Source of the DNA: a virus
Length of the DNA: 44,053 nt
IMG/VR virus record: IMGVR_UViG_3300022745_000008
Span: 1-44,053 of that record
Reading direction: 5' to 3' (one strand)
Part shown: positions 15,274 to 26,000 of the stretch, piece by piece
Numbering within the stretch: position 1 is the stretch's first letter
Layout: the number at the start of each line of letters is the position of its first letter
Position numbers and translations under genes: made by a program
Notes under the pieces: model-generated
What the model was told of the DNA's origin: nothing
The model's database searches: none
The model's input: only the letters and a program-made list of their open reading frames with translations

Positions 15274-17153
15274 TGACACCGGAAATAATTGAAATGCTCG
15301 AAGAAGAGGAGCATCCAGAAAATATCCAAAACCTTCTTGAAGAGGTTGTGGGTGCGGTGAATCATGCTCGGACTTTCATCTCGAGAAGTTACACACAGTG
15401 GGACAAAGCGCTGGAAACTTACAAGAGGAAACGTGTCGTTGACGCAAATGACGCCCGTGCTAAGCAGAAGGGTGAACCGGGGAAAATGGTTGTTCCTCTT
15501 ACCTACGCCCAGTGCAATACGTTGGTAACCTTCCTGTTCATTTCCCTCACATCTAAGGATAGCGTCTTCGAGCTCGACGCCACCGGGGATGAAGACTATG
15601 CCATTCGCGATGTGGCTCAGGCGGTTCTTGATCGTGAAGTTCGTCAAACTGGCTACCATATGCGGCTTGTTGAAGCCTTGTTGGATATGGTTCGCTTCTC
15701 AATGGGCATATTGAAGACCAGCTGGGATTACGAGTCCATCTTCGTCTCGACCGCTCCAACCGAACAAGATGTCTCTTTCATCTTTGATCCGACTGACCTG
15801 ACGGTTCCTGTCGACCAAGAATCCGAGGAGGAAGAGGTCATTCTCCGTGAAGGCTGCCGCATTGACAACATTTCTCCATATCACTTCATCTACGATACTC
15901 GTGTCCCGCTTCCGCGCTGGAAAGAAGGACGCTTTGCCGCAGATGAGCAGAGTGTGAACCTCAAAGACCTCAAGCGCCTCGACAAGCAGGGCATGCTTGC
16001 TGGCACTAAATACATCAAAGACTTTGATCGTGAAATCTGGACCGCTCGCGGAGGCAAAGACACTACTCGTCTTGAGGGCGTGGAGCCAGCTAATTTCGTA
16101 GGCAAGCAGGCGAAAGGTGATAGAATGGTGGCTCGCACGTGCGTGCAATATAAGCTCATTCCTTCAGAACACGGACTCGGAGACTCCGAAGACGAAGAGA
16201 TTTGGGTCATTACAATCGCCAACGATAGTCGCGTTATCGGTCTGCAGCCTCTGAACTCTCCTGTTAACGAGTTCCAATATGACCTTCTCCTGCTCCTTCC
16301 AGACCAACACGCGGAACTTCACGATTCCCTTTGCAAGTTAATCGACCCAATTCAAGAAGTCATCACCTGGCTCATCAACGCCCGCGTGGCCTCCGTTCGC
16401 CGTAACATCGACGGTCGCTTGGTTGTTGACCAGCAACACGTGGATATGTCCACGCTGAATACAAGTTCCCCGTTCATTCTCCTAAAGAAGTCCGCTCCTC
16501 GCATGGGGACTTCTCGTTTCATCGAGCAGCTTCGCACAACCGATCCTACCGCCTCTCACTTCAATGACTCCGAGGCTCTTATCCGTATCCTCTACATGGT
16601 ATCCGGAGTCAACGAGAACTCAATGGGAGCCTTTGCCCCAGGTCGCCGCTCGGCTACTGAGAACCGCACTGCCAATGCAGGCGCTTCTGCGCGCATGAAA
16701 CTCATCGGAGCCTCTTGCTGGTATGGTGGTCTTGCCTCTTTAGGACGAAAGCTTCTCCTTTCTTGCCGTCAGGACATGTCTTACAAGACATTTTCCAAGA
16801 TTGTTGGCGAATCTAAAGCCCAGCAATTCTACGATCTCTTCCACCCGGCGAATCCTTACGAGCTCTACTCCTCCGAAGACTTCTTTACCTACGACGCTAC
16901 TGTCGAGTCTGAGCGCAATTACGTCGCTCAATCTCTCCAAGAACTCTTCCTGGGCCTCGTATCCAATCCTGAAGTCGCCGCTTCCATGGGTCTTGACCTC
17001 CCTGCGATGCTGAAAGAAATCTATGCCCTTCGTGGTGTGAAAAACCTCTCCCGCTTTGAGCTTAAGGGCCAACAGGCACCAGGACAACCCCTAGCCCCTC
17101 CAGCAGCCCAAGTCCCAGCTGCTCCTCCTGCACCTGAACTCCCACTTCCATGA
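15273..17153 (+). CDS. Portal protein (626 aa)
   Basis: Assigned on synteny (directly after TerL) and size. Pro/Ala-rich C-terminus. No motif verified. Confidence 0.6.
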   Translation: MTPEIIEMLEEEEHPENIQNLLEEVVGAVNHARTFISRSYTQWDKALETYKRKRVVDANDARAKQKGEPGKMVVPLTYAQCNTLVTFLFISLTSKDSVFELDATGDEDYAIRDVAQAVLDREVRQTGYHMRLVEALLDMVRFSMGILKTSWDYESIFVSTAPTEQDVSFIFDPTDLTVPVDQESEEEEVILREGCRIDNISPYHFIYDTRVPLPRWKEGRFAADEQSVNLKDLKRLDKQGMLAGTKYIKDFDREIWTARGGKDTTRLEGVEPANFVGKQAKGDRMVARTCVQYKLIPSEHGLGDSEDEEIWVITIANDSRVIGLQPLNSPVNEFQYDLLLLLPDQHAELHDSLCKLIDPIQEVITWLINARVASVRRNIDGRLVVDQQHVDMSTLNTSSPFILLKKSAPRMGTSRFIEQLRTTDPTASHFNDSEALIRILYMVSGVNENSMGAFAPGRRSATENRTANAGASARMKLIGASCWYGGLASLGRKLLLSCRQDMSYKTFSKIVGESKAQQFYDLFHPANPYELYSSEDFFTYDATVESERNYVAQSLQELFLGLVSNPEVAASMGLDLPAMLKEIYALRGVKNLSRFELKGQQAPGQPLAPPAAQVPAAPPAPELPLP

Positions 17154-17470
17154 GCGAACCTGTCGACGACTTACCACTAAACAGCAAGGACTTCGCGCGT
17201 CGCCTAGACGCTTTAGAGTCGTTGTCGGTAAACCCTATTTACCAAGAGCTGATGGGGTATGTTAAATCTCAACACGAGTCGATTCTTAAGAACGTGTTTG
17301 TGACTCCTACGACTATGGAAGGTGTGCTTGCAAGAGAGCGCTGCTTTGGTGTGGGAGAGGAGTATGAAGTTTTACTTTCGTGGCTGGATAATCAGAAGCT
17401 AGACGCGAAAGAACAATTCGAGCGGTTAAAGCTCGAAGAAGCAGAAGAAAAACTAAACAAACCAGTATGA
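17150..17470 (+). CDS. Hypothetical head-module protein (106 aa)
   Basis: Overlapping start and stop codons with both neighbours. Confidence 0.55.
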   Translation: MSEPVDDLPLNSKDFARRLDALESLSVNPIYQELMGYVKSQHESILKNVFVTPTTMEGVLARERCFGVGEEYEVLLSWLDNQKLDAKEQFERLKLEEAEEKLNKPV

Positions 17471-18339
17471 TAAACAGTTGGTCCATAACCAATAGTCTTG
17501 GCCTCCGTCAGGAGGAAGACGAATTTGCTCGCTTCGCCGGAAACGGTGGTGGAGCAGCCGCCCCGCGCGGTAACGAAGACGATGACCCTCAGAATCTTGA
17601 TGATGATGAGGAGTCGTTTGATGACGATGAGGATGAGGAAGAGGAAGATGATGAGCCTATTCAGCCGGGTGCAAAGCCTCCTGCGCGTAAGGCTCTCGCT
17701 CCTACCCTTGACACCGACGCTATGGTGCGTCAGATTGCTGAGGTTACTGCTCGTACGATGCAGGGACAGCAGCCAGGTCAAGCTCAACTCACTGAGGCTG
17801 AAATTCAGAAGCGTCTGGGACGACCAGAGGTTACTGAAGAGCTCATTGCTCAGCTCCGTAATCCGGAGATTACTCCAAAACAGGTGGCCGAAGTTTTGCA
17901 GCAATTGCAGGACGGCACTTATCGCTACGCGATGACCACCACACAGCACCTTCTTCAGCATCAACTTGCACCGTTGCTTGAAATGCAGCAGCAGTTTGTT
18001 GAGCAACAACGCCAACAGCGAGAAGTGGCTTTCAAGAATAACCTGATCCGTAGCTATCCTGCGCTTCGCAAGTATGACGCAGCAGTTGGACAGGCAATGG
18101 CGGAGCTTATAGCTGAAGGATTCAGCGCTAAAGGGCTTCAGCCAGAGCAAATTTACAAAACCGTTGCTCAACGGGCCAAGAAGGTGATTCGCAAGATTTT
18201 GCCTGACTTCCAGTTGAAGCAACAGCAAGCGCCAGGACAACACCGCCAAGCGGGGTCGTTCCGAGCAACGCGACAGGGTCACGGAAACGGTGGTTCTTCG
18301 CAGAGCTCTGGGGCTGCTTCGTTTGCACACATCATATAA
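17467..18339 (+). CDS. Scaffolding-like protein (290 aa)
   Basis: Acidic run DDDEESFDDDEDEEEEDDE plus a Gln-rich helical body. Lies between the portal and capsid genes. Confidence 0.5.
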   Translation: MINSWSITNSLGLRQEEDEFARFAGNGGGAAAPRGNEDDDPQNLDDDEESFDDDEDEEEEDDEPIQPGAKPPARKALAPTLDTDAMVRQIAEVTARTMQGQQPGQAQLTEAEIQKRLGRPEVTEELIAQLRNPEITPKQVAEVLQQLQDGTYRYAMTTTQHLLQHQLAPLLEMQQQFVEQQRQQREVAFKNNLIRSYPALRKYDAAVGQAMAELIAEGFSAKGLQPEQIYKTVAQRAKKVIRKILPDFQLKQQQAPGQHRQAGSFRATRQGHGNGGSSQSSGAASFAHII

Positions 18340-18358
18340 CAAATAACAAAGCAAGTCA

Positions 18359-19750
18359 ATGTCTCTCTTCAATCTCATCTCATCCGCCGATCTGGAGTCT
18401 AGCTACTCCGCTCGCGCTATCCGCCAAATTGCGTGGAAATATCCGTGGGGCAATACGCCTCTTCTCTACCTGCTGTCCTTGATGGACAAGAACGAAACCG
18501 ACAAACCCAAGTTCGACTGGTATGAAGGTCGTCAGAAGCAAGTCTCTACAACGACTGCGACTTCTGGTGGCCTTGGTTCTGGTGGTAACGGCCCGTTTGC
18601 GAACGCCGCCAACGACACGTCGAGTGCCGCTAGTGGGTTCACCTGGACGGAAAACACAGAATACAATGTTTACGTGGCCGATTCCAGTCGCTTCCGCGTG
18701 GATGATGTTATCTGGATTCGTCGTGTGCCTAATGGCGCTGCAAGTGCGTATTTGGAAATCAAGGGCATCGTCACTGCGGTTCCTGCTTCTGATCGCCTGA
18801 AAGTCCTGTCTGTGCAGACTGTGGCTTCTGTGAGCAACGACACTGATGCCAACAGCATCGACATCGTTCTCATCGGCAAGGCTGCTCCCGAAGGCGATAC
18901 TGCTCGCTCTGGTGGTTTGGAGCTTCCGCTTGAACCTGAGAACTACACTCAGATCTTCCGCGAAGCTTTCGACAGCACCGGCACGGCTCTCAAAGCCGGT
19001 ATGGAGTGGGACGAGACTGGCCATTACAAGACAATGGCTCGTCAGAATATGTTCCGTATCTGCGAAGCCATGGAAGGTGCGATGTATTTCGGTGTTCGCA
19101 AGGTCGACAGTGTGACCAATCAGCGTGGCAAGACGGTTCCTCGCCGTTTCTCCGGTGGTCTGCTTTGGTTCCTGGAACAGTGGGAAAAAGGCAATACTGG
19201 TAACGGTGGCGCCTTTGACTATCGCCCAGGTGGCATTGATCTCACGTCTGTCGACTGGACAACCAACAACGACAAGCGCGTCATCAAGATCAACGGCTCG
19301 ATGACCATTGAGCAGTTTGAACTCATCATCGAGCGCGCGTTCATGGATCAGCTTCCTGGTGCTTCGGAGAAACTCATGCAGTGCGGTAACGGCTTCATGA
19401 GCATCTTCCAGAAGTATTGCAAGGCGATGTCGATTACGACTCGCAACCTGCAGACCAAGGAAGACTCCTACGGCATGAGCATCACACGCTGGACAAGTCC
19501 TTGGGGCGAACTGGTTCTCAAGACGCATCCGATGTGGAACCGCACACAGCACAATCAAAGCGCGTTTGTGGTTGATGTGCCTTGCCTTGCCTGGCGCGAT
19601 CTCACCGACCGTGAGCTTACTCTTCTCGCGAATCGTCAGCTTCCTGATGAAGACTGCCGTCGCGATGAGTGGCTTGCTGAAGGTGGACTTGAGTGCAAGT
19701 TCCCAGAAAACCATCTCTACGTGGAGGGCGTGACATCTCTTACGTTCTAA
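18359..19750 (+). CDS. Major capsid protein (463 aa)
   Basis: Assigned on synteny, the A/C-rich leader ATAACAAATAACAAAGCAAGTCA-ATG, and extreme codon bias (no in-phase TTA/CTA/TCA from 18380 to the stop). Fold not verifiable by eye. Confidence 0.6.
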   Translation: MSLFNLISSADLESSYSARAIRQIAWKYPWGNTPLLYLLSLMDKNETDKPKFDWYEGRQKQVSTTTATSGGLGSGGNGPFANAANDTSSAASGFTWTENTEYNVYVADSSRFRVDDVIWIRRVPNGAASAYLEIKGIVTAVPASDRLKVLSVQTVASVSNDTDANSIDIVLIGKAAPEGDTARSGGLELPLEPENYTQIFREAFDSTGTALKAGMEWDETGHYKTMARQNMFRICEAMEGAMYFGVRKVDSVTNQRGKTVPRRFSGGLLWFLEQWEKGNTGNGGAFDYRPGGIDLTSVDWTTNNDKRVIKINGSMTIEQFELIIERAFMDQLPGASEKLMQCGNGFMSIFQKYCKAMSITTRNLQTKEDSYGMSITRWTSPWGELVLKTHPMWNRTQHNQSAFVVDVPCLAWRDLTDRELTLLANRQLPDEDCRRDEWLAEGGLECKFPENHLYVEGVTSLTF

Positions 19751-19754
19751 TCTT

Positions 19755-20090
19755 ATGGCCGCTTTTGTAAAATCAGCGACCAATTGCATTGTCCGATGGG
19801 GAAGCATGTCTTCCCTGTCGGCACCGCATACTAAGGTCAAACAGCTGGAACTTGTCTTATCGTCGCAGGGTGGAGCTACCAACTACATCGCTGCTTCAGA
19901 ACTCGGATTTCAAAAGATCCTTCGGTCCAGTATTGCTCAGAAAAGTGACAACGCTCTTGCGTGCCCCACTGCTCCGAGCTTTGATGGTTCGAAGCTCTTT
20001 TTCTACAACCTGGCGCAAGCCACAGACGCAAATCGCGACGACCCCGCGGATGTGACTGGAACGTTCAAAGTGGTCGTCGAAGGAACCTAA
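19755..20090 (+). CDS. Hypothetical head protein (111 aa), possible decoration/auxiliary capsid protein
   Basis: Starts 5 nt after the capsid gene. Assigned on synteny only. Confidence 0.5.
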   Translation: MAAFVKSATNCIVRWGSMSSLSAPHTKVKQLELVLSSQGGATNYIAASELGFQKILRSSIAQKSDNALACPTAPSFDGSKLFFYNLAQATDANRDDPADVTGTFKVVVEGT

Positions 20091-20107
20091 ACCCAAACAA
20101 CAAATAT

Positions 20108-20287
20108 ATGGCTATCCCTACCAAAGGCTACGACAGTGATGTTCCACGCGCTGTGGATGTCAAGAACACCAAAATGCTCGATCCCTATGCTCGTGAGCCT
20201 AAAGGCACTCAGAGCAGCACCGAAACCGGCAAAGGCTTCAAAGGAAACAAGAAGTCCTACGGCAAAGGTGGCGCTGATCGCTGCTAA
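20108..20287 (+). CDS. Small basic protein (59 aa), missing from the ORF track
   Basis: Hand translation: MAIPTKGYDSDVPRAVDVKNTKMLDPYAREPKGTQSSTETGKGFKGNKKSYGKGGADRC. Leader is AAACCCAAACAACAAATAT-ATG. Confidence 0.45.
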   Translation: MAIPTKGYDSDVPRAVDVKNTKMLDPYAREPKGTQSSTETGKGFKGNKKSYGKGGADRC

Positions 20288-20313
20288 GTAAACAACTCGT
20301 AGTGGCCCCCCTC

Positions 20314-21072
20314 ATGAAAATAGGTCAATTAAAAACAATGATAGCGGCGTATCTTCACGAAGATGTGTCCGTTTTTGTTAAAGGAACTGGTGACAATCAG
20401 GTTGATTTGTTACTGGTTGCTCTAAACAACGCTCGCAAAACCGCAGAGCGCAGTCATGATTTTGCGATCTGTTCGAAGGGGGGCCACTATTCTGTTAGCG
20501 ATAGTGGAATAAACTGGGTAGAAGATATTACCTGGTGGGACGCAGGTGAGCAGGAAGTCCGAAAAGTGAAGAACTGGTATCTGCGAGGGACTGATGGTAT
20601 TGCTGGCGGAGAATATGGGAATGACACCATTCTTCGTGCCACAGATAAAGATACATTGTCGCGAGCTCAGGCGGCGTTAGATTATTCTGGTTTGCGGAGC
20701 CTGGACCGCTATCCTGGAAGCGCGGTTACAGACCACAGAGACCCGCTTCTAGGCCAGACCTACGTGGTTATAAACGGGCTGAAAGCCGCTCTTCATCCTA
20801 AACCGACAAGTGAAAAGATTCTGACCGTCGATGCCTGCTTCTGGTGGCCCGACTGGACCTCAGATTCGGACGATGATTGGTTCACAAAGAATGGCAGTGA
20901 ATATCTTATGCTTCAAGGGATTATTGAGGCTAATAGGCTGCTTGCAGTTTATGTAGGAAACGTGGAAGGCAATTTGCCACCTCCTACAAAAGATGTCGAA
21001 CGCGCTTTAGAGCAACTGATTTCAACAGACGAAGATTCAACCGATGCAAGTCAATACTTAGAAGCTCTTTAA
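20314..21072 (+). CDS. Hypothetical virion protein (252 aa from the ATG; GTG-extended ORF from 20302)
   Basis: ORF in the head-tail joining position. No family recognised. Confidence 0.55.
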   Translation: MKIGQLKTMIAAYLHEDVSVFVKGTGDNQVDLLLVALNNARKTAERSHDFAICSKGGHYSVSDSGINWVEDITWWDAGEQEVRKVKNWYLRGTDGIAGGEYGNDTILRATDKDTLSRAQAALDYSGLRSLDRYPGSAVTDHRDPLLGQTYVVINGLKAALHPKPTSEKILTVDACFWWPDWTSDSDDDWFTKNGSEYLMLQGIIEANRLLAVYVGNVEGNLPPPTKDVERALEQLISTDEDSTDASQYLEAL

Positions 21073-21076
21073 TTTT

Positions 21077-21424
21077 ATGGACATCAACGACTTTAGTGCA
21101 CTTTTTGATCAATTTAACTCAGCGCCAGGATTAAGGGATAGGTTGCAAAAACAAGCCGCTCTTAATGCTGGTATGCGAGCAGGTAAATTTTACGTGGATC
21201 ATGGGTTAAGTGAGCATGCGCATGACGTGGCTGCTATAAGAGCTAAGGAGACAGCTCTACTTCCTTATCAAGTAGGCCCAGGCAAGGGTCAAGTGTGGCC
21301 AGGCGATCCAAATTATATATATAATACAGAACTTGATCCTATTATGGCAGACGCTATTCATCGCTACGTATCTAGTCTGATTTACCCTTCGTTCAAACTT
21401 CCAATAGCGCCAGACCTACAGTAA
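21077..21424 (+). CDS. Hypothetical virion protein (115 aa)
   Basis: ATG ORF, tightly packed. Confidence 0.55.
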   Translation: MDINDFSALFDQFNSAPGLRDRLQKQAALNAGMRAGKFYVDHGLSEHAHDVAAIRAKETALLPYQVGPGKGQVWPGDPNYIYNTELDPIMADAIHRYVSSLIYPSFKLPIAPDLQ

Positions 21425-21428
21425 TCTT

Positions 21429-21809
21429 ATGACTCTCCAAAGACCTCAACCTCAATACGATCCTATGGCGCAAATGATGCAGATTCTGCAACTCGCGCTT
21501 CAACAAAACCAGCAAAGTGCTCAACAAGCCAATCAAGATCGAGGGTTTCAACTTGATCAGCAACAGCTTGCTCAGCGCGAACAGCAATTTCAGCAAGCTC
21601 AAAAGCAGCAAGAGCAACAGGCTATTATGGCTGCTTTGAGCCGTGCACACAGTCCAGAAGGGTTTAGTGATCCTACTGCGCTTTACAACTACCTTTCTCA
21701 GCTTGGAATACAACTTCCTCAACAGGGGCAAACGCAACAAGAAGACTCTCAGACTGCAGCGGCTAAAGCCAAGTGGGCTGAGATTCAAGCTAAACTTTCT
21801 CAACAATAA
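21429..21809 (+). CDS. Gln-rich hypothetical protein (126 aa)
   Basis: Low-complexity Q-rich helical sequence such as LQQNQQSAQQANQ and QQFQQAQKQQEQQ. Confidence 0.5.
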   Translation: MTLQRPQPQYDPMAQMMQILQLALQQNQQSAQQANQDRGFQLDQQQLAQREQQFQQAQKQQEQQAIMAALSRAHSPEGFSDPTALYNYLSQLGIQLPQQGQTQQEDSQTAAAKAKWAEIQAKLSQQ

Positions 21810-21815
21810 CTTTTT

Positions 21816-23048
21816 ATGAGCTCCATTCTTATTGATTCTAACTCTTTGGCTCCAGATAGCCAATACTCTCTCACTTCCCGCGCTGCTCGTCCTGCTGGAC
21901 CGCGTGGGAAAATGCGTGGTTTGAACAAACGTCGCGGAGGTCAACTCACTGCACAAGACCTAATCTCTTTGTTCCAATCCATGCCTGTGCCAAATCGCGG
22001 ATACAGGAATCCTAACGCAGACCAGCATGAAAAGATGGGCCAGGGAATGAAATGGTTTGACCAAAACAACAGTCCCGATCAAGTAGCCACGCGGTTGGAT
22101 AGGCAAAACCAGGAAGACTGGAAGAGAATTAACCGCGGTTATAATGCCGGCACCGCAGCTGTGGACTTTGTCAAACAAACCAAGGGCTATACCGATGACA
22201 AGGGTAACTTCGTTCCACCCACCATGCCGGCGACACCTAGTTCTAAATACGGAACTGGGTCAGTAACTTTTACCGACAAGCCCACGCGGGGAACGATGAC
22301 TGATCCGGTGACTGGAAAGAAGGTATTTATGGATGAGTACTTGCCTGAACAGTCGAAGGTTCAGGATAGTAAATATGGTGCTATGGATGGTCAGGGTGGT
22401 GGTGGTGCTTTAGCAAAGCCTAGATCAACGGATCTTACAGCTTTGTTCCCTGGGAGCACACAACCAAGTCAACCAAGGCCGGTTGTTAATAACACTCCGG
22501 CAGTCACAACGCAGCCTTCTGCTAATAGCGACTTCTGGGCGTGGGAGCAAGCAAATCGCGCCCCTAACACGGTTGGTGACGTGAATCCTGGAGAGGTTCC
22601 AGTGGTTCCTGCGGCTCCTAGGGATCAGGTTTTTATCGACCCTACGACCAACGCGCCTACCGTCGGAACTATAAGTGAAAAAGAGTTAGCCAGACGAGCC
22701 AATAGGGGGCTCTTTCCTGGAATCGTCGATCAGATAATGCGCCCTACTTCTCGCGCTAACCAAAGGCTTGGCGGTTTTGCTAATTCGATTTGGGAAACTC
22801 TATTCGGTAAAGACGTGAACTACCAGATGCCGATTAGCGCTTATGGTGACTTGGCAGCTCTCTTCCCTGGACAGATACCTAGAGCCGATGCTCAACATTA
22901 TCTACCTCCTGGTAGTATCTCGCCGCAGCCAGATTCTTTGGTTCCCGGTATCAGCAGTTTACCTTCTATGATGAATCCTAAGGGTCAGTTTTTCCCCTCG
23001 TATAACTTTCCTGCTAAGCGAAAAGAATATGTAACTCGTGGTTTTTAA
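21816..23048 (+). CDS. Hypothetical virion protein (410 aa), Pro/Asn/Gly-rich
   Basis: ATG ORF directly upstream of the giant gene. No family recognised. Confidence 0.55.
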   Translation: MSSILIDSNSLAPDSQYSLTSRAARPAGPRGKMRGLNKRRGGQLTAQDLISLFQSMPVPNRGYRNPNADQHEKMGQGMKWFDQNNSPDQVATRLDRQNQEDWKRINRGYNAGTAAVDFVKQTKGYTDDKGNFVPPTMPATPSSKYGTGSVTFTDKPTRGTMTDPVTGKKVFMDEYLPEQSKVQDSKYGAMDGQGGGGALAKPRSTDLTALFPGSTQPSQPRPVVNNTPAVTTQPSANSDFWAWEQANRAPNTVGDVNPGEVPVVPAAPRDQVFIDPTTNAPTVGTISEKELARRANRGLFPGIVDQIMRPTSRANQRLGGFANSIWETLFGKDVNYQMPISAYGDLAALFPGQIPRADAQHYLPPGSISPQPDSLVPGISSLPSMMNPKGQFFPSYNFPAKRKEYVTRGF

Positions 23049-23051
23049 TTT

Positions 23052-26000
23052 ATGCCCGACTTCCTCACAATCCAGCGCCAGCATGAAGCGGCGAAGCTTA
23101 AAGGTCTTATCGACGAGAACAGCTCATTGGCTGATTTCGCCAAGCTAGGTGCTTTGGCTACGAATGACCCTTCTTACAAGGAGGTTGCAGATTCTCCCGC
23201 GTGGAAGAATATGATTCGCAGTTGGAGTGCAAATGCGGATGAAGCGATTCAAAGTGGTCCAGTTGATGACTGGACTGCTAATGCGTTTGGCTGGGCTGGC
23301 GATAAGTTTGGCGTAACGCCAGAGGTTAGTCGCTCCGCTGGTCGGGAGCTTCCTAGACAATTTTTAAATTTTCTGCCTATGATGGCTGGTGGGACTATTG
23401 GTGGTCTATTAGGCTCTCCAGGAGGCCCTGCAGGCATCGTTGCTGGTGCGGCTAAAGGTGGTTCTATCGGACTAGGCCTTACTTCAGCGCTGTCTGCCTT
23501 CGACGCTTATGGTAAATCTGGGAAGCCCTTAGATGCAATCATTGGCGCTGCGTCTCCATACGTAGGTTCTAAGCTAGCTAGTATGGGCACTTCTGCTGTG
23601 CTTAAAAGCGCTGCTACTCCTGGGAGTCTTTTAAGTCGTGCAGGATTTATGAAGGGTAAAGACTTTCTAAACCCAGCAACTCATTTAGTTACTGATCCTT
23701 TGACTGGAGTTGCTAAGGAGGTGCTAGGAACTTCTGTTGAAGGTGCCACTAATAAAGCTCTAGGATATTTGGGCGGTCAGGTTGCGGCTAATGCAGGTTT
23801 TACAGCTTTGAACCTAGCTGAGCAGGGTCCAGACGCTGTTTTGAATAAAGATTACTTATTTGCGAATTTGGCATCTAATCTGGCCTTCGCAGTAGGAGAC
23901 ATTCCTCGTATGCGAGGTGTTCATTTTGTTGCACCTCCCATTGACAAGCCTCTCGTCCCAACTCAAGAGCAGATTAACGCGGAGAAGACTCGTGGTGAAG
24001 TCACGCAAGAATCCCTTGCGGCGATTGATAATAGTCTTGCAAGGTTCCAAAAGGAAGCCGAACTTGGCGTGGATATTGGTCGCTTTATCGACAAGCACAA
24101 TGCAGTGGCTGCGACTATGGAAGGGCATCGTGCTGCGGTTAATCTTGAGGCCGAAAACTTTAAGTCCACATGGAATAAACTCCGCGAAGTCAATAGTGGT
24201 CTCCCAGATGTTCTCACAGGCATCGACCCTAAAGAGCTTCTTCAGAATCCCTCGGTAATTGGCTTTGACCCAGCTAAAGCGGAAGTGCTGCGCTATGCGG
24301 AGGCGCTGAAGCAGATTAATAAGGTGAAGGGTGGGAATTTGAGCCGTATTGCTAAGAGTGATGCGGATTTGAATAAAGTTATGGGTCTTGTTGAGGAGGA
24401 TCTAAAATTGCCTGATACGCTTCTTAACACTCCAGTTGAGCAGCGCACGGTGGAACAATATCAGAGAGCCCTTGGCACGAAGTTGTCGGATAATGCGATT
24501 AAGCTTATTCGGATGAAACATATGGAGATAGCTCAGGGGGAGAAGTTTGTGCCGGAGTTTCCCAAGCTGTGGGAGGAGTATCAAAAAGCACTGACGACTG
24601 GATTTAGCGGTTCGGTTGATGATAGGTATGAGCTTATTACGGCGAGCTTGCTTGCGAATGGAAGGTTTCCAAAAGTGGTTAGGGCGCAGAAGAAGGTCGT
24701 GAAGCAAGTTGCGGTAGAGGGTCAGACGCAGAACGAAGCGGCTGAAACCGCAATAAAAGCGGTTCAGAGCGTGGCTAAAAAGGACGAGTTGGCTAAAGCA
24801 GTTGAGGCGCGGATGGAGGCTGCAAAGAAGGCGGTAGGTAGTTCTGAAGAGGTGTTCAACAGAAAACGGGCGGAATCTCCAGAATTCAGTGATCAGCGAG
24901 GCATAGACATGCCGCGATTCACTGATGCTGTTATTACTCGTGTAGAAAAAGCACTTGCTGTTGGGGCTGAAGTGACTCTTACTACAGATGGGGGTAAAAA
25001 AGTAATTCCTATTGTTGCTGTAAAGCAAGGCATGATGCGCGACGCTGAAGGTAATGGATGGGGCACTTTGGCTGCTATAGCAGATTATAAGGGAGAGATT
25101 AAAATTAAATCAAAAGTGTCCACTAAAACGCCAAAGCTTGGTAGGCCTACTGGACCTTCTAAGGCTATGGTAGATAAAACTACTGCGGTGGAAGAACGGA
25201 TTACTCTAGCCGGTAAGGCATTGAAGCCTACGGATGAGGATCGCTTTTTTCTTATCGCCAGCCAGATGATTGATCCCGCACATCGTGCTAAGGGATTGAG
25301 CTGGATGCATAAAGTGGCTACTGAGCACGCGCCGCTTCCCCTTGCGCAGAAGCTGCTTAAGTTTCAAGCGGGTTTGAAAACTCTTGATGAGCGTGTTGAA
25401 GCCAGTAATCAGCTTAAAACAGTGCCCTTGAAAGAGGAGGTTACTCCAGATGCCGTAGCTGAGATAGAAGCCGCTATGACAAGAGATGAAGAAATTCGCG
25501 TTGCAGCTAGTGAAGAGGCGATGCAAGAATTGATTGTCGATGAGGTTTCTAACGAGCTTGATGAAGTTCCTGAGATTAGTCAGTCGCAGCAGGATCAAAA
25601 GCTGGCTAGTGATTTCATGGTCGCACTGGCGAAAAAAGCTGGCGTGGAAATTAGTCCCGCTGACGCGGCGAGAAGGTTTGCAAACATGCCACTAAGTGTA
25701 CGTGAGAAGAATCTTGCCTTGGCAAAGCAATGGAAAGATAAAGGATTTCCACAGTTGGCGACTAGGGATATTGATCCGTTGACGATTCACTTTACTACTG
25801 GTCAGCCGCTTCCTATTAAGGAATTTGCCACCGCGTGGGCGAGAGAGGCTGGTGTGCCAGAAGCTGAGATTCCAGCCGTTGTGGAGGACTTCGTCAAGAT
25901 CACGCAGTATTTTGCTGCGGGAGAGGCGAGGTTTGGGATTATCGAAGGTTTGGATAAGAACGGGGCTCAGTTCGCGCAAGGCTTCCGTCCAGCAGTGAAA

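Noticed and set aside
18380-19882. 500-aa minus-strand ORF antisense to the capsid gene, with similar long antisense ORFs at 17392..18378, 12935..13498, 38987..39622, 40021..40752 and 826..1263
   Set aside because: All lie in the codon-aligned antisense frame of a strongly codon-biased sense gene, where stops arise only from sense TTA/CTA/TCA codons. Their translations are low-complexity, and the sense genes have clear motifs or synteny. They are shadow ORFs, not overprinted genes.
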